The notes under the pieces were generated by a model. It made no database searches. It had not been told where the DNA came from and worked only from the letters and a program-made list of their open reading frames with translations. Positions 17,545-26,290 of a stretch of DNA of 64,000 nucleotides are shown here, piece by piece. Both the position numbers and the translations under genes were made by a program. The DNA lies in IMG/VR virus record IMGVR_UViG_3300046355_000213, positions 1 through 64,000 of that record; one strand, given 5' to 3'. The DNA comes from a virus. Every line of letters begins with the position of its first letter. Position 1 is the first letter of the stretch.

Positions 17545-18840
17545 CTACAGCCCTAACTTGGTGCCTATCTGTAGCATGATGCCTAAAGACTCACCACTAA
17601 GTAAAAACTTTAATCCGGTGTTTATCTTAAAGCGTTTTGTCAGATACACATCTGCTCCTGAACCAACAATGTAACTCAAACTCCCTGACTCCATTAACTT
17701 TCCTTCCTGGGTAGAATACTGCAGTGTAGATCCTGCAATATAAATCTCAGGAGATAAGCTGAGTCGCTTATTAATGGGTGTAGGCCGGGTATAAAACACC
17801 AGCAGGTTATTAGATAATGAAAGATTGCCTTCCATAGGCATAACTGTGAATGTGTAGTTAGCCCCGGCCACTCCCCATTTATCCAGAGGCTGAATATGGG
17901 CAGCCGTTAAAAAGCCCAACTGATTACCAAACATACTAGCCACTGTAACACCATAATTGGTGATACCAGAAACATTCCCCTCATCAAAATGCAGCTTGGT
18001 GTATCTGCCCGATATGGCAAACTGTTGCAAATTACTCCAGATCATACTGGATAAACCCCAACTCATGTCTCCCATCATGGAAGACTGGGACATACTCATT
18101 GAAGTAATGATAGATATATTCTCTTCCACCCCGGATACAGTCAGGTCTGAGTTATAAACCATAGGGTTTAACTTAGCCTGAGCTTTAGAAGAACTTTTAC
18201 CCGGTTTAGAACTTTCCTTCTTACTCTCACTCTTACTCTCACTTTTCTCCTCTGATTTAGACGAACTTTCTTCACTTTTAGACGAACTGTTAGACGAACT
18301 TTCACCTGAACTACCTGACTCTGAGCTACTTGAGCTGCTAGAATTAGATGAACTTTGTGAAGAATTAGACGTACTTGTAGACGAACTTGCTGTCGTAGTG
18401 GACGCAGAGGCTGCACTTGATGCAGCCGAACTCGCAGCGCCTGATGCCGCAGAACTTGCGGCTGAAGTGGCAGCTGACGTAGCAGCGGAAGTTGCAGCAC
18501 TAGTTGCTGCTGCTGTAGCCGCTGCCGTGGCCTGTGCTGTGGCCTGAGAAACAGCTTGAGTGACCGCCTGGGTGACGACTTGAGTAACTACCTGCGCTTG
18601 AGGGCAAGGGTAGTTACTGGTCATCCTGTTTAGCCAGGAATCAAACTCCCCACTGATGATATTATCTCCCGTTACGGTACGGAAGACACCCCTATAAACA
18701 ATAGTGACTGTCCCATTTTTAAGTGGAACAGTCAATACGCTTACCTGCCCGGTGCAGGGATCAACATAAGTATGTGTGATAACCTGTGCCTTAACAGATA
18801 ATGATAATATTACCAAAAGCACACAGAGTACATACTTCAT
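17545..18840 (-). CDS. exported protein: small two-Cys N-domain, A/S/T/E linker, C-terminal beta-barrel-like region
   Basis: Signal peptide (..SVKA), DPC...PCP, long low-complexity linker, alternating amphipathic strands. Confidence 0.75.
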   Translation of the reverse strand: MKYVLCVLLVILSLSVKAQVITHTYVDPCTGQVSVLTVPLKNGTVTIVYRGVFRTVTGDNIISGEFDSWLNRMTSNYPCPQAQVVTQVVTQAVTQAVSQATAQATAAATAAATSAATSAATSAATSAASSAASGAASSAASSAASASTTTASSSTSTSNSSQSSSNSSSSSSSESGSSGESSSNSSSKSEESSSKSEEKSESKSESKKESSKPGKSSSKAQAKLNPMVYNSDLTVSGVEENISIITSMSMSQSSMMGDMSWGLSSMIWSNLQQFAISGRYTKLHFDEGNVSGITNYGVTVASMFGNQLGFLTAAHIQPLDKWGVAGANYTFTVMPMEGNLSLSNNLLVFYTRPTPINKRLSLSPEIYIAGSTLQYSTQEGKLMESGSLSYIVGSGADVYLTKRFKINTGLKFLLSGESLGIMLQIGTKLGL

Positions 18841-18842
18841 TG

Positions 18843-19559
18843 TTACTTTGCAAATATCTTCTTCTTGATCATACGCACCAGTATCCTGCTTGTAGCAGTT
18901 TCCAGGGCTTTCTTGGTTGTAATACCAATAGTTGACTGATTAAATTTAACTTCAGAGAGGTTAGCATCATTAAGCAGTGTTGCTTCCCGTATTGTCTTTG
19001 CTTCTCCTAGCCCGGAACCGGTGAAATACTCCCCTGTTTCGGCGTTGACAAACTTGACCTGCATCCCTAAACGGGTAACTACAGTTTGTTTGACACCGTC
19101 TTTGATGGAGATACTCTCATCCTCTGATACAGAAAAATCATATACCTCAATGTAAACAAAGTAGTGTGCCAGTCTGATCTTGCCCCGGCCATCTAATTTG
19201 TCCTGGGTGATCCCAGACTGAGAAGCCTGGAACTGCTTGACCATACGGTTCTTAATCTCTGCTTTGTCCTCTGTAAAGGTAAACCTGCCGGTCTCTTCCA
19301 AGAACTCAATTACAATGTTGGTAACGCCTAAGCCTACCCGCTTGTCTTTAAGCTCAGGATACGCCGCATATACCTCATCATTGATACCTAAAGACAGTAA
19401 CTGTACTGGAATGGTTGGACCATCATAGTCCATCAGGGAGTCAATGTTGATCTTCTTTTCAAAACCAGCAGTGTAGCTCTCTGTCTTAGTAGTAGCTACC
19501 TGGGCTGCAGACACAAAAGTGTGCATTACTAATGCACAGATTAGCAGATACCTTACCAT
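18843..19559 (-). CDS. csgG: CsgG/HfaB-family protein
   Basis: Signal peptide; GVTNIVIEFLEETGRFTFTE, RLAHYFVYIEVYDFS, QVKFVNAETGE follow the CsgG/HfaB pattern. Confidence 0.72.
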   Translation of the reverse strand: MVRYLLICALVMHTFVSAAQVATTKTESYTAGFEKKINIDSLMDYDGPTIPVQLLSLGINDEVYAAYPELKDKRVGLGVTNIVIEFLEETGRFTFTEDKAEIKNRMVKQFQASQSGITQDKLDGRGKIRLAHYFVYIEVYDFSVSEDESISIKDGVKQTVVTRLGMQVKFVNAETGEYFTGSGLGEAKTIREATLLNDANLSEVKFNQSTIGITTKKALETATSRILVRMIKKKIFAK

Positions 19560-19861
19560 TTTGGAGCCTCTTCTAACTCTTCCTTAGCTGTTTTAGCTTT
19601 AGGCTTAGCCGGAGCTGCTGCCGGTGCAGGGCCTGCACTCTTGTTGATGATCACCGTTTGAGGTGCAACTGCAGGTGCCGCTGCTGCCTGGTTGATGTTA
19701 ATCACCGGAGCTGGCGCTGTTGTAGCTGCCGGAGCTGCTTCTTCAGTCTCTCCTGTTAATTGTTTTGTTACATAACCACCTACACCTAGTGCAATGGTAC
19801 TAGCCAGGCCAATTAAAATGCTCTTCAAAGAGCCACCTGTGTTTTCTGCTTCTTCAGACAT
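19553..19861 (-). CDS. single-TM Ala/Pro-rich protein
   Basis: TM ILIGLASTIALGVGGYV; PVININ/TVIIN segments in A/P linker. Confidence 0.7.
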   Translation of the reverse strand: MSEEAENTGGSLKSILIGLASTIALGVGGYVTKQLTGETEEAAPAATTAPAPVININQAAAAPAVAPQTVIINKSAGPAPAAAPAKPKAKTAKEELEEAPKW

Positions 19862-19868
19862 AATAGTA

Positions 19869-20228
19869 TTAGTTTATAATTAAGGGTTTCTTCACGGTGT
19901 TACCTGCAATATCCACCAGCACCAGGTCATACATGCCTTTGCTTAGTGTATCCAGGTTAATGGTCTTGATAGTAGCTGCCTCTGTAGCAGTGAAACCAAC
20001 AGTCTTTACAGATTCGGTATTTCCGAACTTGTAGATCTGGATGGAGTACTTAGCTCCTACCGTTGTGTTGGCTACAATAGTTGTTGACTTACCTACAGTC
20101 TGAATAGAGGTGATGGCTGTGTTTGCAGACTCAGTACCCAGCTCAATCTTGCGGTCCAGTACTTCTATTTCCTGGCAGGCAAAAACAAAGATTAAGCATA
20201 GTACAATCAATAATGTTATCTTTTTCAT
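19869..20228 (-). CDS. lipoprotein with T9SS CTD-like Ig fold
   Basis: Lipobox VFAC; C-terminal INLDTLSKGMYDLVLVDIAGNTVKKPLII. Confidence 0.7.
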   Translation of the reverse strand: MKKITLLIVLCLIFVFACQEIEVLDRKIELGTESANTAITSIQTVGKSTTIVANTTVGAKYSIQIYKFGNTESVKTVGFTATEAATIKTINLDTLSKGMYDLVLVDIAGNTVKKPLIIN

Positions 20229-20229
20229 A

Positions 20230-21996
20230 TTAGAAGTTGTTATAGCCTGTAAGCTTGATAGCGTCTGTAGAAAGATTGATGCCTAACTGGTAGCCTGTCT
20301 TAGACGCGGCGTCCATATTCGGCGTGACTTTGATATAGGTATTAATGTCCAGTGGATTACCAATGGCACTAAACCTAAGTTTAAATGGAGTAAGCTCACC
20401 CGTAATCGGATTTTTGACTTCTTTGTCAATAGCACCAAATCTTATTCTCCCTGGCTTATTGTCCACAAAGGTGAACCAGGTGTTAGGAAACTCATTGAAC
20501 AGTTGCTCAAACTTGATCTTAGCCGGATCATAAGTAAACTCAAACTGCAGTGCCGCTACACTGCTGGCACCGGTGTTGATCTTAACAGGTATATCAATAG
20601 TGCTCGAAGTTACTGTAGTCCCTTTGAGACTTACATCTATAGAAGGTACAGGCATAGCTGTGTTGATCATGATGTTAGCCGTAGGTGACGCTGCTATGCT
20701 CTTCTTTAAAGAAGGGATGGCATTGGTAGCAATAGAACCGTTAATCATGACCTGGGAAGAGTGTGAGCGGTTGATATCTCCTGGTAAAAGGAACTTCATC
20801 TTGATGCGCAGGTTTTTGCCTATCTCCTGAGTTTTGAATGAAACATAATTGTTAGCAACATCTTTCCAGTTTGCTGCCTTCATATTGTTATACGTACTGT
20901 CAGTAAATGTAGGTACGCTCATGTACATATCTGTACCTGACCTGTATTGTGCTGGCAGCTTTAATAAACTGTCCACGCCTACTGTTTGTGCAAAAAGACG
21001 CACCAGGTCACCTCCGTCAAACTTACGGTTACGGTTAATATCCGCTGCGTAGTACCCGGCCCCTGTAATAATACTCTGGCCTTTAAATGTACCATCCAGG
21101 TTCTGTGTATTAAACTCAGCCTGAGCCGTAGTATAATCACTTACCGTAACAGCACTCTTGATCAGGTCTACCATAGAATCCATGTTCACTAATAACCGGG
21201 CATGGTAGACTGTATTAGGCTTGAGTAAAGTCTGGTCTACCGGAATAGAGCCGTCTGACAATGCGTCTACTAAGATCACCTGGTTTGTGGCACTATCGGT
21301 AAGGGCTACGCGGTGTAAAGTAAAGTTATCAATGTTGGCATTGGTCTCAATGGAAGCAGTGATATACTTGGATGCTGTTGGATCAAGCATGATGACGTTA
21401 GCCAGTGGTGCGGTCATCAGTGTACTGCCATCTGTACCGTTTTGGTTATAAGCCGCCACAAAGTTCAACTTAATAGGGTCAAAAGTATACCCCGGAGCGG
21501 TGGTTTTAAGTTTAAAGCGCAGCTTTAGTAATACATCTTTACCTACAGCGCCTTGTGCAATAGCCCAGTTTAAATATACACGTAAAATAGTTCTTGGACC
21601 GTTACTAGTGTATGAGTAGTTTGCATACTGGTACTTTACATTACCATTGGTAGAGTTATTCAGCTGCGTATTAACATAAGTGTAACCCGGATAGATATTA
21701 TGACTCATAGAGATCTGTGAACCATACGGAAGAATACCTCCATTGCCTCCTGTTCCGGTGTGATTAACACTTAGAAACTCAAATGCTGTGTTGGTGAACT
21801 CAAAGTCAAAGTACAAAGAGCGCGCGGAAGTATTATTATTACCGTCTGCATATACAGGTACTTCAAATGTATCTCCCTTGTTGATCACATCACCTGCAAT
21901 ATTGGTATTGGTAGGGGCATCCGGAAAATAAAACTTCATCACCTGTGCAGATGAAGTGTAACTGATCAACAATACAAACAGCAATAGTTTTTTCAT
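20230..21996 (-). CDS. exported cohesin-like / dockerin-like / cohesin-like protein
   Basis: Signal peptide; GDTFEVPVY...LYFDFEFT; ADINRNRKFDGGD EF-hand/dockerin loop; GDINRS; IPVKIN...ALQFEFTYDP. Confidence 0.72.
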   Translation of the reverse strand: MKKLLLFVLLISYTSSAQVMKFYFPDAPTNTNIAGDVINKGDTFEVPVYADGNNNTSARSLYFDFEFTNTAFEFLSVNHTGTGGNGGILPYGSQISMSHNIYPGYTYVNTQLNNSTNGNVKYQYANYSYTSNGPRTILRVYLNWAIAQGAVGKDVLLKLRFKLKTTAPGYTFDPIKLNFVAAYNQNGTDGSTLMTAPLANVIMLDPTASKYITASIETNANIDNFTLHRVALTDSATNQVILVDALSDGSIPVDQTLLKPNTVYHARLLVNMDSMVDLIKSAVTVSDYTTAQAEFNTQNLDGTFKGQSIITGAGYYAADINRNRKFDGGDLVRLFAQTVGVDSLLKLPAQYRSGTDMYMSVPTFTDSTYNNMKAANWKDVANNYVSFKTQEIGKNLRIKMKFLLPGDINRSHSSQVMINGSIATNAIPSLKKSIAASPTANIMINTAMPVPSIDVSLKGTTVTSSTIDIPVKINTGASSVAALQFEFTYDPAKIKFEQLFNEFPNTWFTFVDNKPGRIRFGAIDKEVKNPITGELTPFKLRFSAIGNPLDINTYIKVTPNMDAASKTGYQLGINLSTDAIKLTGYNNF

Positions 21997-22541
21997 TTCA
22001 GAAGTTTAGTTACAAGTGAGTTACAAGACTTTTTGATAGCCGTAGATAAATTTGTATTGTTAAATTTTCCTCCCTGATCAATGAGTAGTGCAGCCATAGA
22101 GACTTCCTCTGCTGACTCTTCTACCATAACTGTCTTAACCACTTTACCCTCTTTAATTAATTTTCCCTTCATTCTCACCACCACAGCTTCTGTGTTCTTA
22201 TGAAAAACAGAAAGACTACTTTGTGTCTTGAGCACATCTAAATACAAGATCTCTACTTCAACTTTGGTTGTAGCATAAGGGTTAAGTATGTAATCCTCTG
22301 AGACAAGCTCTTCCAGGATATTCTTTACTCCAAATTCCAGGTTGCGGTTACCGGCCATCTGGCCCATCACTACCTTGTTACTGATACTGCCTATGGCAAT
22401 ACTCTCATCTGACCTTAAGACCATCTCCCTTGCTTTCAAAGGATTGGTTAAAACCATATACGTCCAGTAAGTCTGGACAGTCATGCCTGTTCCTACTATA
22501 AAGGAAACGCACCACAAGGTGATTGTAAATAATATCTTCAT
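21993..22541 (-). CDS. CsgG-like paralogue
   Basis: LEFGVKNILEEL and FNNTNLSTAIKK resemble VGLGVTNIVIEF and FNQSTIGITTKK of 18843..19559. Confidence 0.65.
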   Translation of the reverse strand: MKILFTITLWCVSFIVGTGMTVQTYWTYMVLTNPLKAREMVLRSDESIAIGSISNKVVMGQMAGNRNLEFGVKNILEELVSEDYILNPYATTKVEVEILYLDVLKTQSSLSVFHKNTEAVVVRMKGKLIKEGKVVKTVMVEESAEEVSMAALLIDQGGKFNNTNLSTAIKKSCNSLVTKLLK

Positions 22542-22563
22542 GATCTAAAATGTTGGTTGCAAG

Positions 22564-22588
22564 AAAAAGCCAGGTTATCTACCCTGGC
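22564..22588 (-). terminator. rho-independent terminator
   Basis: Minus strand GCCAGG-GTAGATAA-CCTGGC-TTTTT. Confidence 0.55.
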
Positions 22589-22706
22589 CTCTGTACTTCT
22601 TTTTTTGTGGTGCTTCTTTTGGAGAGGAAGCTTTCTTGTATTTTCCTTTTCTGCGGTTCCCGAATACAATCTTGCGGGACTCCCCTGTAGTTTTCTTAGC
22701 GGCCAT
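22575..22706 (-). CDS. small basic protein ending KKYRGQGR (43 aa)
   Basis: Manually read MAAKKTTGESRKIVFGNRRKGKYKKASSPKEAPQKKKYRGQGR. Confidence 0.7.
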   Translation of the reverse strand: MAAKKTTGESRKIVFGNRRKGKYKKASSPKEAPQKKKYRGQGR

Positions 22707-22710
22707 GGTT

Positions 22711-23574
22711 TTATGCGGTTAGTAGATGGTAGTATTCTTTGAAGTGCTTGATTCTATCTGGCAAACCTATGGTCCCGCCGTTTACACGTTTTGTAACGGC
22801 AGTAACAGTAGCCACATCTGATCCTTTATCACAGATGACCCACAGCTTGTTTGAATTAAAAAAGAATGCAGCTGAAGCCAGTGCATACTTAGTAGCTACC
22901 AACTCAGGATCTGCTACAATGTTCTCAGGAACAGTAGCATCAAAACGTGTGTAGTTCTCCTTACCGGTAAGTTGGATAAATCCTCTTCCGCGAAACTTGT
23001 ACCCGTCACCCGATGTCTCCGGACCATTGCCCATTCTGCCCGCATATACCCGGTTAGCAATCTTCTCTGGCTTACGCTCATAGTTGACTGCAATCTGGCC
23101 ATTGGGAAAGTATTTCTTGAAAATACCCATAAGCCCCTTAGCAGAGTAGTTAAGATTTTCCCGTGTTGCTTTAAAGCCTCCTGACTCATGGCCGCATTGT
23201 GCCAGAAAGTGTGCCAGACGTAAAGGTGTAGTAATACCAAAGCGGGCAGCAGTATCCGGTATCTGTGCAATCACATGATCCGGTATATGGCCTTTAAGCT
23301 TTTCCAGTTTAAAACCACTGTTAGTAGGTATAGTCACTGACGGTGCAGGAGCTGTCTGAGCAGCAACAACTGCAGAAGGCACTGGAGTGCCTGCACTAAA
23401 CATTTTACCCCAGGTACCCTCTCCCACAATACCATCAGCTGTTAGACCATGGGCAGATTGCCAGGCTTTAACCGCTTCTTCAGTCTTAGGACCAAATTTA
23501 CCAATAACGTCAACACCTAAAAGTGCCTGGAGCTTCTTTACATCTTCTCCTTCTGAGCCTCTTCTTAGTAGCAT
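22711..23574 (-). CDS. endolysin: PG-binding domain + GH19
   Basis: GKFGPKTEEAVKAWQ...ADGIVG; FLAQCGHESGG, ENLNYS, GRGFIQLTGKENY, RVNGG. Confidence 0.93.
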   Translation of the reverse strand: MLLRRGSEGEDVKKLQALLGVDVIGKFGPKTEEAVKAWQSAHGLTADGIVGEGTWGKMFSAGTPVPSAVVAAQTAPAPSVTIPTNSGFKLEKLKGHIPDHVIAQIPDTAARFGITTPLRLAHFLAQCGHESGGFKATRENLNYSAKGLMGIFKKYFPNGQIAVNYERKPEKIANRVYAGRMGNGPETSGDGYKFRGRGFIQLTGKENYTRFDATVPENIVADPELVATKYALASAAFFFNSNKLWVICDKGSDVATVTAVTKRVNGGTIGLPDRIKHFKEYYHLLTA

Positions 23575-23588
23575 AGGGTTATAGAATA

Positions 23589-23798
23589 TTAAACTGTAAG
23601 TTTTTTCTTCTTCTTGTAGTACTTACGCTTTTTCTTAACAGGAACAGCTTCCTCTGCAATGGTTTCTGCGACAGCATCAGGGATTTCTACGGGAAGAATA
23701 CTTACTTTCTCTTCTTGTGTAAATAGATCTGCTTCACTCAGTGAAACAGGGATAGTGTTTTTTGAGCTGAACAACCAGCTTAGTAATTGCTTAAACAT
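23589..23798 (-). CDS. small protein with basic C-terminus
   Basis: 69-aa ORF in lysis operon. Confidence 0.55.
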   Translation of the reverse strand: MFKQLLSWLFSSKNTIPVSLSEADLFTQEEKVSILPVEIPDAVAETIAEEAVPVKKKRKYYKKKKKLTV

Positions 23799-23804
23799 GT
23801 TGGT

Positions 23805-24434
23805 TTACTTTTTTTTGTTGAGGTTTATTTTCCAGTATGACTCCACACCATAGGAGACTTGTCCCAAGGTATTAACCTGTGTGGAGATACCGTACAACTG
23901 GTCTTTCTTGGTCTTGTATACAAAACCCGCCTTGGCTCCAGTAATTCCAAGAGTGTTGTTGATATTAATACCACCGCCTACATAAAGCTGACGCTTAGGC
24001 TTGGCATAATTGTTAATGGTTGTATTCTTAGTGACTACAGGAATCATGTAATCATGTCTGTACTTACGCTTAAGAAGCTTATTCTCCTGCACTGTATCTG
24101 TGATAGACAGGTAACCAAAGTCATCTATCTTTACACTGTCAGAGTATACCCTCTTCAGGATAAACAGCTTAACTAAAGCATCATACTGTGCTTTAAGTGC
24201 AGGATAGTTTGTATCTGCAATGTACTCTGGCTTAGAGGCTACTGGTACTTCAATCTCTTTTAGTACCGGCACTTCCCTAACTACCAGGTGATCCTTGGGC
24301 TTACGCCAGAAAGTATCAACAACTACAGTGGTGTCGGATTTTGGCGTGTCATCACTGTGTGAAGAACACTGTCTTTGAAAAAAAAGTGTACCTACCAGAG
24401 CAATGATGACCAGTCCGGATAGTTTATCCTTCAT
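23805..24434 (-). CDS. spanin-like membrane protein
   Basis: N-terminal TM followed by Cys, DT-rich segments, C-terminal amphipathic beta strands; lies in lysis operon. Confidence 0.6.
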   Translation of the reverse strand: MKDKLSGLVIIALVGTLFFQRQCSSHSDDTPKSDTTVVVDTFWRKPKDHLVVREVPVLKEIEVPVASKPEYIADTNYPALKAQYDALVKLFILKRVYSDSVKIDDFGYLSITDTVQENKLLKRKYRHDYMIPVVTKNTTINNYAKPKRQLYVGGGININNTLGITGAKAGFVYKTKKDQLYGISTQVNTLGQVSYGVESYWKINLNKKK

Positions 24435-24732
24435 CGTCTTCTGGTTCTGGTGTATACTTAGAAGGATCATCTTCCTTCTTTGTCTTCTTGCCCATCACAT
24501 TCTCTACACCAGAGATGCCAAAGCAACCCAGTACGATAATAGTGAATGCATTAAACACATAGTCGTTGATGACAAGCTCCTTGCCCATTGCACCTGTTAC
24601 CAGGTCAACGCCTACTACAATACACATTACTACAAAAGCAATAAAGCCAATGATGGACTTTTCATTCCAGTCATTGTCATCTTTAAAGATGCTGAAAAAT
24701 GAACTCTTAGGTTCTTCAATGATATGTTTCAT
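24424..24732 (-). CDS. putative holin (2 TM)
   Basis: Two TM helices, charged C-terminus, upstream of endolysin. Confidence 0.65.
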   Translation of the reverse strand: MKHIIEEPKSSFFSIFKDDNDWNEKSIIGFIAFVVMCIVVGVDLVTGAMGKELVINDYVFNAFTIIVLGCFGISGVENVMGKKTKKEDDPSKYTPEPEDDEG

Positions 24733-25028
24733 TTGGTCTTAGGGGTTAGTCTGTTATCAGGGAGTATAGCCACCATTTCATACTTAAGCGGCTTGGAGTC
24801 TTTATCCGGAGGGTTAGGTAATTCTAAGGATACAATAGAGGCGTTTTTATATACCATGCGCTCCAGGTTGTCAATGCGCGTCTTGTCAATGCTGCTCTGA
24901 GTCATCAGGGCTTTGACATCCTGCTTTATTTCGCGGATGTCAGCATACACTAACATAATGAAGCCAGATAGTACTGTCGGAAATAGATACGACTTAATGG
25001 CTCTTAGAGGGTCATTAGCAGGAGACAT
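24729..25028 (-). CDS. membrane protein (holin/antiholin-like)
   Basis: One TM followed by coiled coil (RIDNLE). Confidence 0.6.
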   Translation of the reverse strand: MSPANDPLRAIKSYLFPTVLSGFIMLVYADIREIKQDVKALMTQSSIDKTRIDNLERMVYKNASIVSLELPNPPDKDSKPLKYEMVAILPDNRLTPKTK

Positions 25029-25059
25029 AGAATAACAGGATTACAGGTAAAGAAAACTA

Positions 25060-25620
25060 TTACTCTTCGCTTCCAGGAGTGATCACAACACTGATCTGAG
25101 CAGTTGTACTTCCACCTGCATTAGTTGCCGTGATAGTATGTGTAGTTGTTCCCACGTTTGCCGTAGGCGTACCAGAGATTACACCAGTTGTAGTGTCTAA
25201 GCTTAATCCTGCAGGCAATGCCGGAGCCACAGCGTATGAATCCACCGTTCCTGTTACCACAGGGCTTACAGGTGTGATAGCTGCATTCTGTGCTGATGAT
25301 GCAGGGAAGTTATAGCTCAATGCCGAAGGTGCAGCAAGAGCAGTTCCTATAATCACTTTGAACTCATAGACCTGACCTGCAGGCTTCTTTGTACCTGAGA
25401 TTAAACTGTTAGGGATAATAGACCCGTCTGCTCTCTTTCTTACAAAGAAACGTAAGCCTGAAGCTGAAGGAGATACCTTTTGGCCAGCTAAGGCCACATA
25501 GTTTTTAGGCTGGATCTCCACCAAATTAGCAGTAGGTGCTTGCTTAAATCCCATAAGCGTACCTAAAATAGGATAGCCATCCTGGGTCTTCTGAGCAAAA
25601 TATTTTAATACAGTTGCCAT
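25060..25620 (-). CDS. Ig-like (He_PIG type) domain protein
   Basis: LPAGLSLDTTTGVISGTPT...ITATNAGG. Confidence 0.8.
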   Translation of the reverse strand: MATVLKYFAQKTQDGYPILGTLMGFKQAPTANLVEIQPKNYVALAGQKVSPSASGLRFFVRKRADGSIIPNSLISGTKKPAGQVYEFKVIIGTALAAPSALSYNFPASSAQNAAITPVSPVVTGTVDSYAVAPALPAGLSLDTTTGVISGTPTANVGTTTHTITATNAGGSTTAQISVVITPGSEE

Positions 25621-25622
25621 AA

Positions 25623-25713
25623 TTGTAGAACTTGTGTATGTTTGTAGACTTTGTTGTAGACGAGTGGGGAACGTAGGAGGAAACCTCTACAGTATAATAT
25701 ACAGAAAAAAAAG
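25623..25713. promoter_or_regulatory. divergent control region with TGTAGA boxes and late-promoter-like motif
   Basis: TTGTAGA at 25623, 25642 and 25654; inverted TCTACAG at 25686; TAATATACAGAAAAAAA at 25697. Confidence 0.55.
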
Positions 25714-25744
25714 CTAATTACCCTATTAAAATTGTGAAAAAAGC

Positions 25745-26290
25745 ATGCAAGACACAGCGAACTATGCACTGACTCTGCAGCGAAAGCTGATTACAGAGTT
25801 TAAACAAAAATTTTATGAGAAGTTGGGCTATTACCCCGAAGTAATTACCCATACTACAGAAGTGGTACCAACTGGTACATCGAAGATTATGCGGATACCC
25901 CTGGATGAACTTAAAGAGATATTTGACACCCGTCTCTTAAGGCCCCTGGTAGCCACAATACATGGTGCTCAGTGGATAACAACCATCAGTAACCGTAGCC
26001 GTATCCGGGATATATGTGAACTCCGGTATATGTATTATAAAATAGCCTCACTTATGGGCTATTCATGGTGTGCCATTGGCCGTAGTTTGCGCATGGACCA
26101 CAGCTCTGTTATGCACGGAGTCCAGACTTTAAACGGACACCTGGAAACAGACCCAGGAGTAAGACAAGATTATTACAATACCCTGTTACAAATTAAACAA
26201 ATCATTGACAATGAATACAGACATCTGGAATGTGCTGGTCAAGTACAGGATGAGTCCCAACCAGTTATACCTGATTCACTGCATCTCTGA
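25745..26290 (+). CDS. DnaA C-terminal (domain IV)-like HTH protein
   Basis: SRIRDICELR...AIGRSLRMDHSSVMHG matches the DnaA-IV IG..RDHTTV motif. Confidence 0.8.
   Translation: MQDTANYALTLQRKLITEFKQKFYEKLGYYPEVITHTTEVVPTGTSKIMRIPLDELKEIFDTRLLRPLVATIHGAQWITTISNRSRIRDICELRYMYYKIASLMGYSWCAIGRSLRMDHSSVMHGVQTLNGHLETDPGVRQDYYNTLLQIKQIIDNEYRHLECAGQVQDESQPVIPDSLHL

Noticed and set aside
18180-18600. S/A/T-rich stretch as curlin-like amyloid repeats
   Set aside because: Lacks the periodic N-x-A-x-x-x-Q-x-G curlin pattern; it is a simple low-complexity linker
25623-25692. TTGTAGA/TTCTAC repeats resemble the 3' end of Cas12a CRISPR repeats
   Set aside because: Only 7-10 nt are conserved, spacing is 12-21 nt, there is no TCTAC-loop-GTAGA hairpin and no spacer-length unique segments; this fits operator boxes, not an array
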